A stretch of DNA of 42,219 nucleotides from a virus (Duplodnaviria > Caudoviricetes), in IMG/VR virus record IMGVR_UViG_3300044878_000044, positions 1 through 42,219 of that record, one strand, 5' to 3'. Position numbers and translations under genes: made by a program. The notes below the pieces were generated by a model, which was not told the origin of the DNA, did no database searches, and saw only the letters and a program-made list of their open reading frames with translations. This document shows positions 25,222-36,006 of this stretch, piece after piece. Numbering within the stretch: the stretch's first letter is position 1; every line of letters starts with the position of its first letter.

Positions 25222-25737
25222 ATGACCTTCATTCTCCAGAAAAAAGAACACCTCGACGCCCTGTCCACCCGATGGATTGAACCGGTCGAGGGCCTGCGCA
25301 TTAAGGTGGCCTCGGCGGCGAAGGAAGGCTACAAGAACGATTTCCGCGTGGTGATGCGCCATGTGCAGGCCCTGTCAGGTCAGCACGGAATCGGCACCGA
25401 AGGCTTCAGCGTCCTGAAAATGGCCGACCTGCCGCCGCTCGACTCAGACAAGCTGTTTGTCGAACTGGCGTGCAAGCACCTGGTCATCGACTGGGAAGGC
25501 GTGGCCGAGGCCGACGACCCGAGCAAGCCGACCCCGTACACCCCGGAGCGCGGTGTGCTGCTGATGGAACAGCTGCCCGAGATTTACTTTGTCGTCATGC
25601 AGGCCGCCCAGGCCATCGCCCTGCGCCAGAAGGAGCAGGCAGCGGAAACCCTGGGAAAGTCCTCGAAGCCTACCGCTGGGCCGTCGAGTGGGCGGGCGAA
25701 GCGAACGAGCGAAAAAGGAAAGTCCACGAGCGCTTGA
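25222..25737 (+). CDS. Tail assembly chaperone (lambda G-like)
   Basis: Between tail tube and TMP; DWEGV...PYTPE; slippery site near its end. Confidence 0.8.
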   Translation: MTFILQKKEHLDALSTRWIEPVEGLRIKVASAAKEGYKNDFRVVMRHVQALSGQHGIGTEGFSVLKMADLPPLDSDKLFVELACKHLVIDWEGVAEADDPSKPTPYTPERGVLLMEQLPEIYFVVMQAAQAIALRQKEQAAETLGKSSKPTAGPSSGRAKRTSEKGKSTSA

Positions 25738-26003
25738 GGGTGGCGGTACCGGATCAGCCCGAGATTGACGTTGTAGGCGATGAGCTGCTGACCGCCTATT
25801 ACGCGATAAGCCGCGGCCGGCAGTATGTCGGCATGGCTGCCGCGCCCGCGCCGATATCCATCAGCGCAATCAGCGACTACCTGTCTGCCTACGGATCATC
25901 CGTGGATCGGCGAGAGTTCGACGAGGCGATCTTTGTCCTGGACGACGTGTTCCGCAAGAACTGGGAAGACGAGCAGGACAAAAAGAAGACGAAGGACAAG
26001 TAG
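25653..26003 (+). CDS. -1 frameshift extension of tail chaperone (lambda T-like)
   Basis: G GGA AAG at 25653-25659; -1 frame open to 26003 (AYYAISRGRQY...PAPIS). Confidence 0.85.
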   Translation, partial: GKVLEAYRWAVEWAGEANERKRKVHERLRVAVPDQPEIDVVGDELLTAYYAISRGRQYVGMAAAPAPISISAISDYLSAYGSSVDRREFDEAIFVLDDVFRKNWEDEQDKKKTKDK

Positions 26004-26054
26004 TGAACCGCGCACGGTCAGTGGTAGATTGCCTTCATCGACAAGGAGGTATCT

Positions 26055-26411
26055 ATGCAACCGATTTGGGGCTTTGTCCTCTTCGCACTGATCTGCGGCC
26101 TGTCAGCGCTCATCGCTCGCAAGCGCGGCAACAGCGGCCTGCTTCACGCCGCCATTACCGTGGCGCTGGGCTTCGGGTTGGTTATCGTTGTGGCCAAGGC
26201 TACGGGCGGCACCGATCCATTCTCGGCGGCACTGGGCGGCTTCATCGGTGGCGCCGCGGGCGTGCTGTTCGCCTGGCTGCGTCGATCCGACGCCCAACAG
26301 GCCGAGCGTTCCGGGTCATCCGCAGGACACAAGACCTGCAAGTTCTGCGCTGAAGTCGTCAAGCTGGAAGCGCTCAAGTGCAAGCACTGCGGATCTGACC
26401 TGTCCGGGTGA
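26055..26411 (+). CDS. Moron: membrane protein with C-terminal zinc ribbon
   Basis: Three hydrophobic segments plus CKFCAE...CKHCG; AAGGAGGT RBS; extended -10 TGGTAGATT at 26022-26030. Confidence 0.8.
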   Translation: MQPIWGFVLFALICGLSALIARKRGNSGLLHAAITVALGFGLVIVVAKATGGTDPFSAALGGFIGGAAGVLFAWLRRSDAQQAERSGSSAGHKTCKFCAEVVKLEALKCKHCGSDLSG

Positions 26412-26429
26412 CTCATCATTGAAATAAGA

Positions 26430-26452
26430 GACCGCCTACGGGCGGTTTTTTT
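26430..26452 (+). terminator. Terminator of the moron
   Basis: ACCGCC-TACG-GGCGGT-TTTTTT. Confidence 0.8.
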
Positions 26453-26469
26453 ATGCCCGGAGAAAACTC

Positions 26470-29370
26470 ATGGCGCAAGAATCACGCCTCGCGATAGTCA
26501 TCGATTCAAGGCCAGCAGAGAAGAATGCCGACAGCCTGAGCGAATCGCTACAGCGCGTAGAGAAGGCGGGCGATAGCGCCGCTGCATCAGTTAGTGGCGC
26601 CAATACCAGCGTCGACCTGCTTGGCAAAACAGCCGGGAAAACGACGGCTCCGCTTGATAAGGCTACTCGGGCACTGTCGGCAACCGGCATGACCGCCGCG
26701 CAAACGGCCAACAACCTACGCATGCTGCCGGCACAGATCACCGACATAACTGTCGGCCTGGCCACTGGACAAGCACCGCTGATGGTATTCCTTCAGCAAG
26801 GCGGCCAGCTCAAGGACATCTTCGGCGGCGCGATCCCGGCGCTGAAGGCGGTCGGCGGCTATATCGTCGGCCTGATCAACCCATTCACCCTGGCGGCTGC
26901 GGCAGCGGCAGCGCTGGGCGTAGCCTACTTCCAGGGCTCCAAGGAAGCGGAAGGCTTCAGCAAGGCGCTGATCGCCAATGGCAATGCCGCCAACACCAGC
27001 ACCGACGAACTGATCAATGCCGCCGAGCAAGCGTCCCGCATGGGCGTCTCGGTCGGCGCTGCCGCTGAGGCACTGACCAAGCTGGCGGCCTCGGGCAACC
27101 CGGTCACGATCATGTACGCCGGCATGGCAGCGGCGGCGGTCAAGTGGTCGAGCGCTACGGGCGAATCCATTGATGAAGTGGTCGCCAACTTCGGCAAGAT
27201 CGCCAAAGACCCAGTAAACGCCATCCGCGAACTGGACAAGGAACTGAACATCCTCACTGCCACGCAGTACGAGGAAATCCGAGTACTTCAGGAGCGGGGC
27301 GACAAGCAACAGGCCGCCATGGTGGCGGAAGAGGCCTATGCCAGCGCGATCAGTCGCCGCGCAGACGAGATCAAAGGCAATCTCGGTACCCTTGAAAGCG
27401 CCTGGAACTCGATCACCGGTGCCGCCAAGTCGGCCTGGGATTCCATGCTCAACATCGGTCGACAGGCTACGCCCGAGCAGGAACTGGCCGGCGCCTACGA
27501 GGCACTAGCCAAGCTGAACAAGCAAGGGCAAAACTCGATTGTGGGTAGCTCTGCCGACTTCAAGAAGCAGATGTCCGAGGTTGAAGCGGAGATTACCCGC
27601 CTTCAGCTGAAGATCGCCGAGAACGGCGCACAATCCCTGGACACAGCCTACAAAAACACCCGCGAGACGGCCGCCAAGGCGGCGATGGACACGCTGCGCA
27701 CCGCCACCGCTGACTCCATGTCCGAACTGGACAGGCTGCAAAAGAAGCTGACAGAGCTTGATGTGGCCAAGAAGACCGCCACCGATGCCGGGGCGTTTGG
27801 CGATAAGCAGCAGGCCGAATACGCCAAGGCCCGCGCCGGATACGAGCAGAAGATTGCCGACATCAAGGAGCGGGAGGCGAAGAAAAACAAGCCAAAAAGC
27901 GAAAATGGCGCACTGAGTGCTGCCGAGTCCACTTTCGCCAGTCTGTACAAGCAGGCCGACCCGGCACTGGCCGCAGCGCGCGAACTGACCAAGCAGCAAG
28001 GCCAGCTTCAATTTGCACTGGATCGCGGGAAGCTCAGCCAAGTTCAGTACAGCGAAGCGCTGGCCCAGGCCTCGCGTAACTATGCGGCCGTCATCGAAAA
28101 AACCGGCGAACTGTCGCAGGCCGAGCAATACCGCCTGCAGATCCAGAAGCAGCTGCAGAACCAGCAGGACGCGGCCAATGCAGCAGCGGCTGCGGTCGGC
28201 ATGGGTAGTGAGCGCGCAGGACGCGAGCAAGAGCGCCTGAAGTTGGAGAAGGACACCAACGACCGGCTACTTGAGTTGCGTACCGAACTGGCGAACGCCC
28301 AAGGCGAGAAGCAGCGCAAGGCCCTGCAAGACCAGATCGACATCACCAACGAGATGTATCCCCAGCAAGTCGCCATCATGGAGAACGGCTGGGCGCAGGT
28401 GGATGCGGCGCAAGAAAACTGGCTGAACGGTATCTCGGCAGGCTGGGACAACTACCAGGCCAAGGTCGCTGACGTGGCCCTGCAAACCGAAACGGTGATG
28501 AGCGATTCGCTCGACTCAATCACTGCCGGTTACGGTAGCGCCTTCTCGAAAATGGCCCTGGATGGGCAGACCTTCGGCGAAGTCAGCCGCGGGGTGTTCG
28601 ACAGCCTGGCGCGTACCGTTCTCGACGGTCTTGGGCAGATGGGCGCGCAATGGCTGGTATTGCAGGGAATCAAGATGGCCTTCGGTCAAACCGAGCAGGC
28701 CATGCACATCGCTCGCCTGGCCGGCATTTCCACGGAAATGACCGCCGAAGTCGCCAAGGAAGCCACCGTAACCGCTGCCAAGGTCACCGCGGACGGCGTC
28801 GCCACGGCATCCTCCTTGGCAGCAACCGCCACCACTACGACCGCGCAAGTCGCAGCCGCTGGCACTACGCTGTCGGCCTGGCTGCCTGCTGCCTTGGTGT
28901 CGTCTATCGGCACCTTTGGCGCAGCGGCAGTCGTCGGCGGTACCGCATTGCTTGCCGCTTTCGCGCTGTTCAACGGGTTCTCCGAGGGCGGCTACACCGG
29001 GCCTGGCGGCGTCAATGATCCGGCCGGTATCGTCCACAAGGGCGAGGTGGTCTGGTCGCAGGCCGATATCAGCCGGTTCGGGGGGGTCGCGGCGGTTGAG
29101 GCCATGCGCCGTGGCGAGGCCATGCCGGCGGGAGTCAGCTCGTCGGGCGGAAGCGCCTCAAAGCCTTCCGGCGGTACGACCAGTGCTGCGCCAAGCGAAA
29201 GGCCTCTGACCGTCAATCTGCACGAGGACGCCAGCCGAGCAGGCCAAGTCAATCGCCGGCAGCTCTCCGAGCAGGATGTCGTCGACATCTATGTAGCCAA
29301 CATCCGCGGCGAGAAGGAAATCCACCAGGTGAACCAGGAGAAGTACGGCTTGCAGTCGCAAGGTGTCTAA
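26470..29370 (+). CDS. Tail tape measure protein
   Basis: 966 aa Ala-rich helical; LPAQITDI...LQQGGQLKD; GGYTG...PAGIVHKGE. Confidence 0.95.
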   Translation: MAQESRLAIVIDSRPAEKNADSLSESLQRVEKAGDSAAASVSGANTSVDLLGKTAGKTTAPLDKATRALSATGMTAAQTANNLRMLPAQITDITVGLATGQAPLMVFLQQGGQLKDIFGGAIPALKAVGGYIVGLINPFTLAAAAAAALGVAYFQGSKEAEGFSKALIANGNAANTSTDELINAAEQASRMGVSVGAAAEALTKLAASGNPVTIMYAGMAAAAVKWSSATGESIDEVVANFGKIAKDPVNAIRELDKELNILTATQYEEIRVLQERGDKQQAAMVAEEAYASAISRRADEIKGNLGTLESAWNSITGAAKSAWDSMLNIGRQATPEQELAGAYEALAKLNKQGQNSIVGSSADFKKQMSEVEAEITRLQLKIAENGAQSLDTAYKNTRETAAKAAMDTLRTATADSMSELDRLQKKLTELDVAKKTATDAGAFGDKQQAEYAKARAGYEQKIADIKEREAKKNKPKSENGALSAAESTFASLYKQADPALAAARELTKQQGQLQFALDRGKLSQVQYSEALAQASRNYAAVIEKTGELSQAEQYRLQIQKQLQNQQDAANAAAAAVGMGSERAGREQERLKLEKDTNDRLLELRTELANAQGEKQRKALQDQIDITNEMYPQQVAIMENGWAQVDAAQENWLNGISAGWDNYQAKVADVALQTETVMSDSLDSITAGYGSAFSKMALDGQTFGEVSRGVFDSLARTVLDGLGQMGAQWLVLQGIKMAFGQTEQAMHIARLAGISTEMTAEVAKEATVTAAKVTADGVATASSLAATATTTTAQVAAAGTTLSAWLPAALVSSIGTFGAAAVVGGTALLAAFALFNGFSEGGYTGPGGVNDPAGIVHKGEVVWSQADISRFGGVAAVEAMRRGEAMPAGVSSSGGSASKPSGGTTSAAPSERPLTVNLHEDASRAGQVNRRQLSEQDVVDIYVANIRGEKEIHQVNQEKYGLQSQGV

Positions 29371-29383
29371 TGCGTTATCATAG

Positions 29384-29401
29384 GGTCCCTTGCTAGGGAC
29401 C
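29384..29401. promoter_or_regulatory. 18-bp palindrome copy 5 (perfect arms)
   Basis: GGTCCCT-TGCT-AGGGACC in the short TMP / tail-tip gap. Confidence 0.7.
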
Positions 29402-29414
29402 GCACGGAGCCCCA

Positions 29415-29900
29415 ATGAGCAACCCCATCAACATCGCCTACGCCTCAGTCGGCAACGACATGTTCGTCGATACGATCGAGGCGACCTGTTCCGCCTGGGC
29501 GGCGCCGATCCTCATCTGCTCCGGCTATGAGGATCGCGTCTGCGGAACAGAGGACGGGCGCACGCTCGTCTTTTTGGCGATGGCGGTGGAAGAGGCCCTG
29601 CCCGTTCGCGACAACAGCGGCTACCAGAACCTGAACATTGCGCTGGATAACACCGACGGCAAGGTCCAGGCGGCCATCGAAATGGCGCGCGCGGCCTCAG
29701 CGCGCATTGTGCTGACCAAGCGTCGATACCTCGAAAGCAATCTGGCCTACCCGGCAGAGCGCTATCGGCTATCGGTGCTCAATCGGCAGTACGCCAACGA
29801 CGTGGCCACGCTGACCTGCGGCATTAACGACTTGCTGGGGACGGCTTTCCCGCGCAACAAGCTGACGGCCCTCGTCGCACCAGGGCTGATCTTCATATGA
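29415..29900 (+). CDS. Minor tail protein (DUF1833-like)
   Basis: QNLNIALDN, RRYLES, FPR...APGL; position. Confidence 0.75.
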   Translation: MSNPINIAYASVGNDMFVDTIEATCSAWAAPILICSGYEDRVCGTEDGRTLVFLAMAVEEALPVRDNSGYQNLNIALDNTDGKVQAAIEMARAASARIVLTKRRYLESNLAYPAERYRLSVLNRQYANDVATLTCGINDLLGTAFPRNKLTALVAPGLIFI

Positions 29901-30280
29901 AGGCCATTGCGGACTACCTGTCGGCACCCTACCGGGACGGCGCTCGCGGGCCTCTGGCCTACGACTGCTACGGCTTAGTCATTTCCGTGCGGCACGAAGT
30001 GTTCGGGCTGCCGCTGTTGCCCTCGCTGGGCGGTGTCGGTCGGTCCAAGGTGCGCGAGAACACCAAGGCCTACCGCGAGGTCAGCGCCGGCCTGGAAGAG
30101 TGCCTGCCAGAGCCTGGCGCCATTGCCTCGGCCATGGTTGGTGAGTTCCTGGATCACGTCGGTGTGGTCGTGTACCTGGACGGCCAACTGAAGGTGCTCG
30201 ACACCAACCCGGGCGGACCCCGCATTCGCACCGTGCGCGACTTCGAGCAGCGCTATCAACGAGTGGTGTACTACCGATGA
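29897..30280 (+). CDS. NlpC/P60-like tail assembly protein
   Basis: YDCYGLV and DHVGV catalytic-type motifs. Confidence 0.8.
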   Translation: MKAIADYLSAPYRDGARGPLAYDCYGLVISVRHEVFGLPLLPSLGGVGRSKVRENTKAYREVSAGLEECLPEPGAIASAMVGEFLDHVGVVVYLDGQLKVLDTNPGGPRIRTVRDFEQRYQRVVYYR

Positions 30281-33200
30281 CTGTTGAATTCTTCCCGAAC
30301 AAAATGGCCGGCTGCCAACCGCTGGCCACCTACACCACGCACGAACGCATGACGATCGAGGCTTGGCTCAAGGGCATGACGGAACACTACCAACGCGCCC
30401 CGGTGCAGCCGGTCAGCGTCGAGCTCAACGGTGAACTGATCTGCCCGACACTCTGGCACAAGGTCAAGTTCAAGCCTGCCGATCACGTGCAGATCTGGAA
30501 CGAGCCGAAAGGCTCCGACCCGTTCACCATCACCGCCTTGCTGATTGTTGGCGCATTTGCCGCAAGCAAGCTGCTCATGCCGAAGATGCCCGGGATGCCG
30601 GCCAACACCGGTGTAGCCCAAGGCAGCCCGCTCGATGAAGCCAGCGCCAAGGGTAACAAGGTCAAGCTCGGCGAACTGATCCGCAACATTGCCGGCTGGC
30701 AGAAGGTGTACCCGTCGTACCTGGCCGAGCCGCGCACCTACTTTGCCGCACCACGGGAAAAGTGGGTGGAGATGCTGCTGTATGTCTCCGAGGGAGCGGT
30801 GGACATTCCAATCAACAAGCTCAAGGTCGGCGAAACCCCGCTGATTTCCTTGGGTGCTGATGCTCAGGTAACGATCTACGCGCCAGGCGCCGATGTGTCG
30901 GCCGATACTGCCTCGATGCTGTGGTTCAATGCCAAAGAAGTTGGCGCCAGTTCCAGTGGTACGTCAGGGCTTGAGTTGACCGTGGCAACCAACCTGACCC
31001 CGTCAGCCACGGCCTCGGCCTATCAGTTCAACGGCGATACGATTGCCATTCCGTCCGGCGCCGGCAGCTTCCCGTCAGATTGGGAAACAGGCCTGGTGAT
31101 TCGTGCGCTGGCACCCTACACCTACACCGTCGTCGATGGCGGCGCGGGCCGCGACATCGTGCAAGGCCCATTGGAAATGCTGGCCCCATTCCCTGGCATG
31201 CTGATTGAGGTCGCCGGGGCGAACGCGGGCAACTACGTCGTCAACTCGTACACGCCGTATGCGCCAGCGGTGCCGCCGACCTCGGGCACCGCCTCGACGA
31301 TCCTCGGCTCGAGCATTCCGGCGCGCTATGACTTCGACGTGACACCGCTGTCGGTCACCGTGACATTGGGCGCCACGCCGTATGCAGTCAACCTGACGAC
31401 GGCAACGACCGACCTTGCAGGCTTGGTCTCGGCCTTCAATACCGCCAAGGGTTCTGCGCCATTCCTGGCCAGCGCCTCGTCCGGCAAGCTGTTGATCGCG
31501 CAGTTCGGCACCTTCGGCGGCGAAACGATGGTGGCCACCGGTGGCGCCGACATCCTCGGTTCCAGCCCGATCAACACCACCGGCACAGCGGCTAGCTCCG
31601 GCACGCCAGAAGTCCCGGCGCAAATGACCCTGAACTATGACGGTGGCGAACCGGTTGTTGGCCTGGCCCTTGGTTCTGGCCTGGCCACCATCGGCCCGCG
31701 CGGCCTGCGCTACCGGATCACGGCGTTCGGCACCTCGATCATGACCGTGGACCGGCTCACCGCGTCGGGCTCGGTGGATGCGGGGTGGATCGGTTTCAAC
31801 CCGATGGAGACCGTAAACGGTTTGGTCACCCTTGACCCATCCAGCCTGGAGGGCGGCTATCGTGGGCCGTTCATGTGCTCGCCAGAGAACGAAAAGGTCA
31901 CGCGCATCGAATACACCATCGCCTTCGACGGCCTGATCGGCATGGGTCGGAAGGGTGATGAATACACAATCTACTCGCAGCATCAGTTCGAGTGGCGCGA
32001 CGCGGATGTTGCCGGGGCGTGGAACGTTCGCACGGAAAGCGTCACCGGCCACTCGCGGGATGCGCAAGGCTTCACCTTTGCCTTCGATCTGCCCTACCCG
32101 ATGAACCCCGAAACCAGGCTCAAGCGCCTGCCCAAGGGTGGCGGCGCCAACAGCGCTGAGTGGGTCGATAGTCCAAGGTGGGAAAGCCTGCGCGGCCTGC
32201 GTCAGACACGTCCGGCCAGCTACCCAGGCATGACCGTCATGAGTGTGAAGATTCGCGGCGGTGATCGACTGTCTGCGCAATCGGAAAGCCAGGTCAACGG
32301 CGAGGCCACCCGCGTGCTACCAGTGCGTTCGGGCGGGGCTTGGCAGCCACCGGTAGCAACGCGCGGCATCGTGCCATGGTGCCTCAACGCGCTGAAGTCG
32401 TTGGGTTATGAGGACGGCGACATCGACCTCGAGGAGTGGGATCGGCTGGACCTGGTATTCAACGCCGCCGGCCAGTATTACGACGAGACCATCGATGACA
32501 GCAGTACCGCCAAGGATCGGCTCAACGATGCGCTGGCTTGCGGCTTTGCCGAGCTGACCATCAAGAACGGCCTGGTCAGTCTGGTGCGTGACGAGCCGCG
32601 GGCGATATTCGATATCACCTACGGCCCGAAGACGCAGACCTACAGTCCGCAAAACATGACCAAAAAGCTCAGCATCGCCGGGCCGCTGACCTCGCTCAAC
32701 GACATCGACGGCGTGGATGTCGAGTATTACTCGAACATCACTTGGGCCTGGGAAACCGTGCCGTGCCGCTGGCCGGGCGATGCCGGAAACAAGGTCGAGA
32801 AGGTCAAGCTGCCTGGTGTAGGTGACCGCGATCGCGCTTACCAGTTCGGCATGCGCCGTCGTGGCCACCAGAAGTTCCGCCAGGACACCTACACCTGGGA
32901 AACCGAACTCGCCGGCATGAACTCGGGTTACCTGAGTTTCGCCGCGGTGGCCAGCGATACTCCCGGGCAATGCCAGAGCGCCGAACTGGTCAGCGTGCAG
33001 GCGGTCAGCGGCGGCTTCCTGCTGGAGTCGTCAGAGCCGATCGACTGGTCAGTGCCTGAGATCTACAAAGTCGGCATCAGTCGTGCCGATGGCTCTCTCT
33101 CTGGTCCCTTCCAAGCGACTGAAATCGATGAATATCACATGCATGTCGCCGATCTCGACTTCGTGCCCGACACCAGCATGAGCGGAAACATGTCGCTGCC

Positions 33201-33342
33201 TCAGTTGCTGATCGGGCCCTGGTCGAAGTGGGCCTACCCGGTCCTCGTCACGCGCTCAGACCCATCCAACGGCAACGTCGCGCTCAAGGGCATGCCCTAT
33301 GACGCTCGCGTTTACACCTACGACAGCGCCACGGCGCCATAA
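30277..33342 (+). CDS. Tail tip / central hub protein (J-like)
   Basis: 1021 aa; NKVKLGELI, YPGMTVM, VRDEP, YDARVY. Confidence 0.8.
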   Translation: MTVEFFPNKMAGCQPLATYTTHERMTIEAWLKGMTEHYQRAPVQPVSVELNGELICPTLWHKVKFKPADHVQIWNEPKGSDPFTITALLIVGAFAASKLLMPKMPGMPANTGVAQGSPLDEASAKGNKVKLGELIRNIAGWQKVYPSYLAEPRTYFAAPREKWVEMLLYVSEGAVDIPINKLKVGETPLISLGADAQVTIYAPGADVSADTASMLWFNAKEVGASSSGTSGLELTVATNLTPSATASAYQFNGDTIAIPSGAGSFPSDWETGLVIRALAPYTYTVVDGGAGRDIVQGPLEMLAPFPGMLIEVAGANAGNYVVNSYTPYAPAVPPTSGTASTILGSSIPARYDFDVTPLSVTVTLGATPYAVNLTTATTDLAGLVSAFNTAKGSAPFLASASSGKLLIAQFGTFGGETMVATGGADILGSSPINTTGTAASSGTPEVPAQMTLNYDGGEPVVGLALGSGLATIGPRGLRYRITAFGTSIMTVDRLTASGSVDAGWIGFNPMETVNGLVTLDPSSLEGGYRGPFMCSPENEKVTRIEYTIAFDGLIGMGRKGDEYTIYSQHQFEWRDADVAGAWNVRTESVTGHSRDAQGFTFAFDLPYPMNPETRLKRLPKGGGANSAEWVDSPRWESLRGLRQTRPASYPGMTVMSVKIRGGDRLSAQSESQVNGEATRVLPVRSGGAWQPPVATRGIVPWCLNALKSLGYEDGDIDLEEWDRLDLVFNAAGQYYDETIDDSSTAKDRLNDALACGFAELTIKNGLVSLVRDEPRAIFDITYGPKTQTYSPQNMTKKLSIAGPLTSLNDIDGVDVEYYSNITWAWETVPCRWPGDAGNKVEKVKLPGVGDRDRAYQFGMRRRGHQKFRQDTYTWETELAGMNSGYLSFAAVASDTPGQCQSAELVSVQAVSGGFLLESSEPIDWSVPEIYKVGISRADGSLSGPFQATEIDEYHMHVADLDFVPDTSMSGNMSLPQLLIGPWSKWAYPVLVTRSDPSNGNVALKGMPYDARVYTYDSATAP

Positions 33343-33351
33343 GGACGGCAA

Positions 33352-33807
33352 ATGATCCCATACCCGGAAGGCCTGCCGTATCCGCTGCGCGACGGCTACG
33401 ACATGAACACGACGGACCCGGCCGCGCACACCCCCTTGGCTAACGGCCAGATCATCTCGCGCCGAAGGTTCAGCAATGTTCCGACCTTCCCGTCAGTCAC
33501 CTGGGAAATGGACGACGGCCAGGCGCAGATTTTCATGGCCTGGCACCAGTACACGCTGAATGAGGGTGTCGAGTGGTTCGACTGTCCGCTCAAGACTCCG
33601 CTCGGCATTGATACCTATCAAGCCAGATTCAAAGAGATGTACAGCGGGCCAACCCTCGTTGGGATTTCCCGCTGGCGTTTCAGAGCCGTCCTGCAGCTGC
33701 TCAAGCGCCCAATCATCGACAAGGACTGGCTGATCTACGCCCCCGAATACGTCCTGCACTCGAACATCGTCGACATCGCTGCGAATCGCGAGTGGCCCGA
33801 GGCATGA
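33352..33807 (+). CDS. Minor (distal) tail protein
   Basis: YPEGLPYPLRDGY, RRRF, GVEWF...LKTP. Confidence 0.75.
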   Translation: MIPYPEGLPYPLRDGYDMNTTDPAAHTPLANGQIISRRRFSNVPTFPSVTWEMDDGQAQIFMAWHQYTLNEGVEWFDCPLKTPLGIDTYQARFKEMYSGPTLVGISRWRFRAVLQLLKRPIIDKDWLIYAPEYVLHSNIVDIAANREWPEA

Positions 33808-33866
33808 CCGTGGACGCACAAAAAAACCAATTCGCCCATCGGGCTCAGCATGCCTGGAGCTAGCGC

Positions 33867-35963
33867 ATGACAATTTACGCAACCGGCAACGCAGTCGGCT
33901 CGACCAACCCGAAAGACCTGATCGACAACGTGCAGAACATCGATTACCTGATTCTTGGCCCGCTGCTCAGCTACCCGGACCGGAGAGGCGTCAACCGCCT
34001 GTCGTGGTCCGGCATCGAGGCGTCATTTGCCGCAGCGCAAACTCAGCGAACCACTGACTTCAATGCAGCCCAGGCCCAGCGTGCAGCCGACTACGCCGCA
34101 TCCGAGGCGAACCGTGGCTATGAAGCCCCGGTGCCGTATGCTGCCAGCATCGCCCTGACTCGCGTCACCCAGCTCGTTCAGTACAGCTCGGAGCTGTACA
34201 AGGCGAAAGCCGGCACCCTGCCGTGGACGACCACCGGCGTCTGGGCGACCGATTCGGCCAAGCTGGTTTCGGTGGGTGATGCCGCACTACGCCAAGAGCT
34301 GGCCGCGCCTACCGGCTCGACAAAGTTGGGCCATGTCAGGGCGCCCCTGGCAGCGGCAATCGACGGCACCATTAGCAAGCGGCTGTCTCAGCTCATGGTG
34401 GACATTGGGGATTTTTCGCACCTTGTTACCTCCAAGCCGAACCCTGCCGATTACCAGACATGGGATTGGACGCCAGCCATGGAGGCGGCGCAGGTCACAG
34501 TTGCGGGGCTTGGTGGCGGGCGGATCACCATGGGTACTGGCGGCGTCTTTCTGCTCTCCCTGATCACCAAGCGGCGCTTCGTGGTAATCGACGGCCAGGG
34601 CTGTAGCGAGCTGAAGCAAATCGGTGGGTCCAACAAAGACTTTATCGTGTCCGAGAACTTCGCTGCCCTGACCGGCACCGGTGCCACGGTTTCCGGTAGT
34701 GCGCTGGTGCCGAGCTGGTTCGGTCTCAGGGACATTCGGGTCAACGGGAACCGGTACAACGCAACAACCAACCCGACCGGCAACACCTCGGGGCGCGCCA
34801 TTGCGTGGTATGGACCTGCGATGATCATGCAAGGTAACGTCCTGGTCTATGGCGCGGCTGGCAACAACATCTATACCGAGTACTCGAACACCTCGGGCTC
34901 CAGTGGCTGGCAGGGTCAGGAGGAAGGACAGTTTGACAACGTGTTTTCGCGTGATAGCGGAGGAGCTGGTTGGGTTTTTCGCGGGCCGCACAACAGCCGG
35001 TTGAATTCCTACATCGGCGCATTCAACGACGGTTACGGATTCAAAAGTGAGTCGGGATCGAACTACGACGGCGGGTTCGACTGGATCGGCTCGATTCACA
35101 CCTATGCTAACGGTCGCGGCACTACGCCCGCCGCTGATACCGGGATCAGCCTGGGCGAGATTGCGCGCATCGGCGCGATGATCACGGATGGCGACAACGC
35201 GGTATTGGTCGGCTCGAATATCCAGATCGGCAGTTACCGGGGCTACAACCTCGGCGGCGAGATGGACGGCCTGACCATCAGCGGCAATGCCAACTTGATC
35301 AGCAACATCAACGCGGTGGTTTGGGCTAGCTCGGTCGGTCGCACCGCTATCAAAGTCACCGGGTCACGCAATAAGATCGGCGAGATTGATCTGGTGACGA
35401 ACAATCCCGACAACCACGCAATCTCTGTCACCGGCAACAGCAACCAGATTGCCGGTGGGTACGTTCAAGGGTTCTCTAGCGCTGGCCGGGTTGGTCTTGC
35501 ACTGGCGGGCACGAAAAATAAGGTCGACCTGGAGATTACTGGCTGCGCCACGGCCTTCAACTACACGGCCGGCAACAACAACCGGGTCACCCTGGAGATC
35601 AACACGTCTGCTGGCCAAGTGGCTGTGGCGGGCTCCGCACCTGGTTCATCGGATCGCTTCAACATCCGCTCGGGCGGCGACACGGTCGGCGGCTGTAAGA
35701 CGAACTTCCAGACCGGCTTGCTAGCCATGGATATTTCGACCTATACCATCGTCACCGTGGCCCATGGGCTTCTGTACACGCCAGCACCCAACGCCGTGCG
35801 TATTGACTGGCTGGTCAGTTCTCCAGATTCTTCGGTATGGGACGAGGCGCTTTTGCGCGTGGTGTCAACGACTTCGACCGATGTTGTCCTGGGTTACAAG
35901 CTGGCCTCTGCCGCGCCTGCCGGTACGCAGGCCAGAATCGGTATATCGATTAACCTCACCTGA
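33867..35963 (+). CDS. Tailspike / polysaccharide depolymerase
   Basis: YATGNAVGSTNPKDL attachment N-terminus; DWTPAMEAA then Gly/Asn/Ser-rich beta-helix-like body. Confidence 0.75.
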   Translation: MTIYATGNAVGSTNPKDLIDNVQNIDYLILGPLLSYPDRRGVNRLSWSGIEASFAAAQTQRTTDFNAAQAQRAADYAASEANRGYEAPVPYAASIALTRVTQLVQYSSELYKAKAGTLPWTTTGVWATDSAKLVSVGDAALRQELAAPTGSTKLGHVRAPLAAAIDGTISKRLSQLMVDIGDFSHLVTSKPNPADYQTWDWTPAMEAAQVTVAGLGGGRITMGTGGVFLLSLITKRRFVVIDGQGCSELKQIGGSNKDFIVSENFAALTGTGATVSGSALVPSWFGLRDIRVNGNRYNATTNPTGNTSGRAIAWYGPAMIMQGNVLVYGAAGNNIYTEYSNTSGSSGWQGQEEGQFDNVFSRDSGGAGWVFRGPHNSRLNSYIGAFNDGYGFKSESGSNYDGGFDWIGSIHTYANGRGTTPAADTGISLGEIARIGAMITDGDNAVLVGSNIQIGSYRGYNLGGEMDGLTISGNANLISNINAVVWASSVGRTAIKVTGSRNKIGEIDLVTNNPDNHAISVTGNSNQIAGGYVQGFSSAGRVGLALAGTKNKVDLEITGCATAFNYTAGNNNRVTLEINTSAGQVAVAGSAPGSSDRFNIRSGGDTVGGCKTNFQTGLLAMDISTYTIVTVAHGLLYTPAPNAVRIDWLVSSPDSSVWDEALLRVVSTTSTDVVLGYKLASAAPAGTQARIGISINLT

Positions 35964-35964
35964 C

Positions 35965-36001
35965 AAACAAATAAGCCCGCGCATTGCGCGGGCTATCGTT
36001 T
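35965..36001. terminator. Terminator between convergent genes
   Basis: AGCCCGCGCA-T-TGCGCGGGCT with A-rich left flank. Confidence 0.7.
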
Positions 36002-36006
36002 CTCAA

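Noticed and set aside
33103-33120. GGTCCCT-TCCA-AGCGACT as a full operator copy
   Set aside because: One mismatch and intragenic; may be chance, counted only as degenerate
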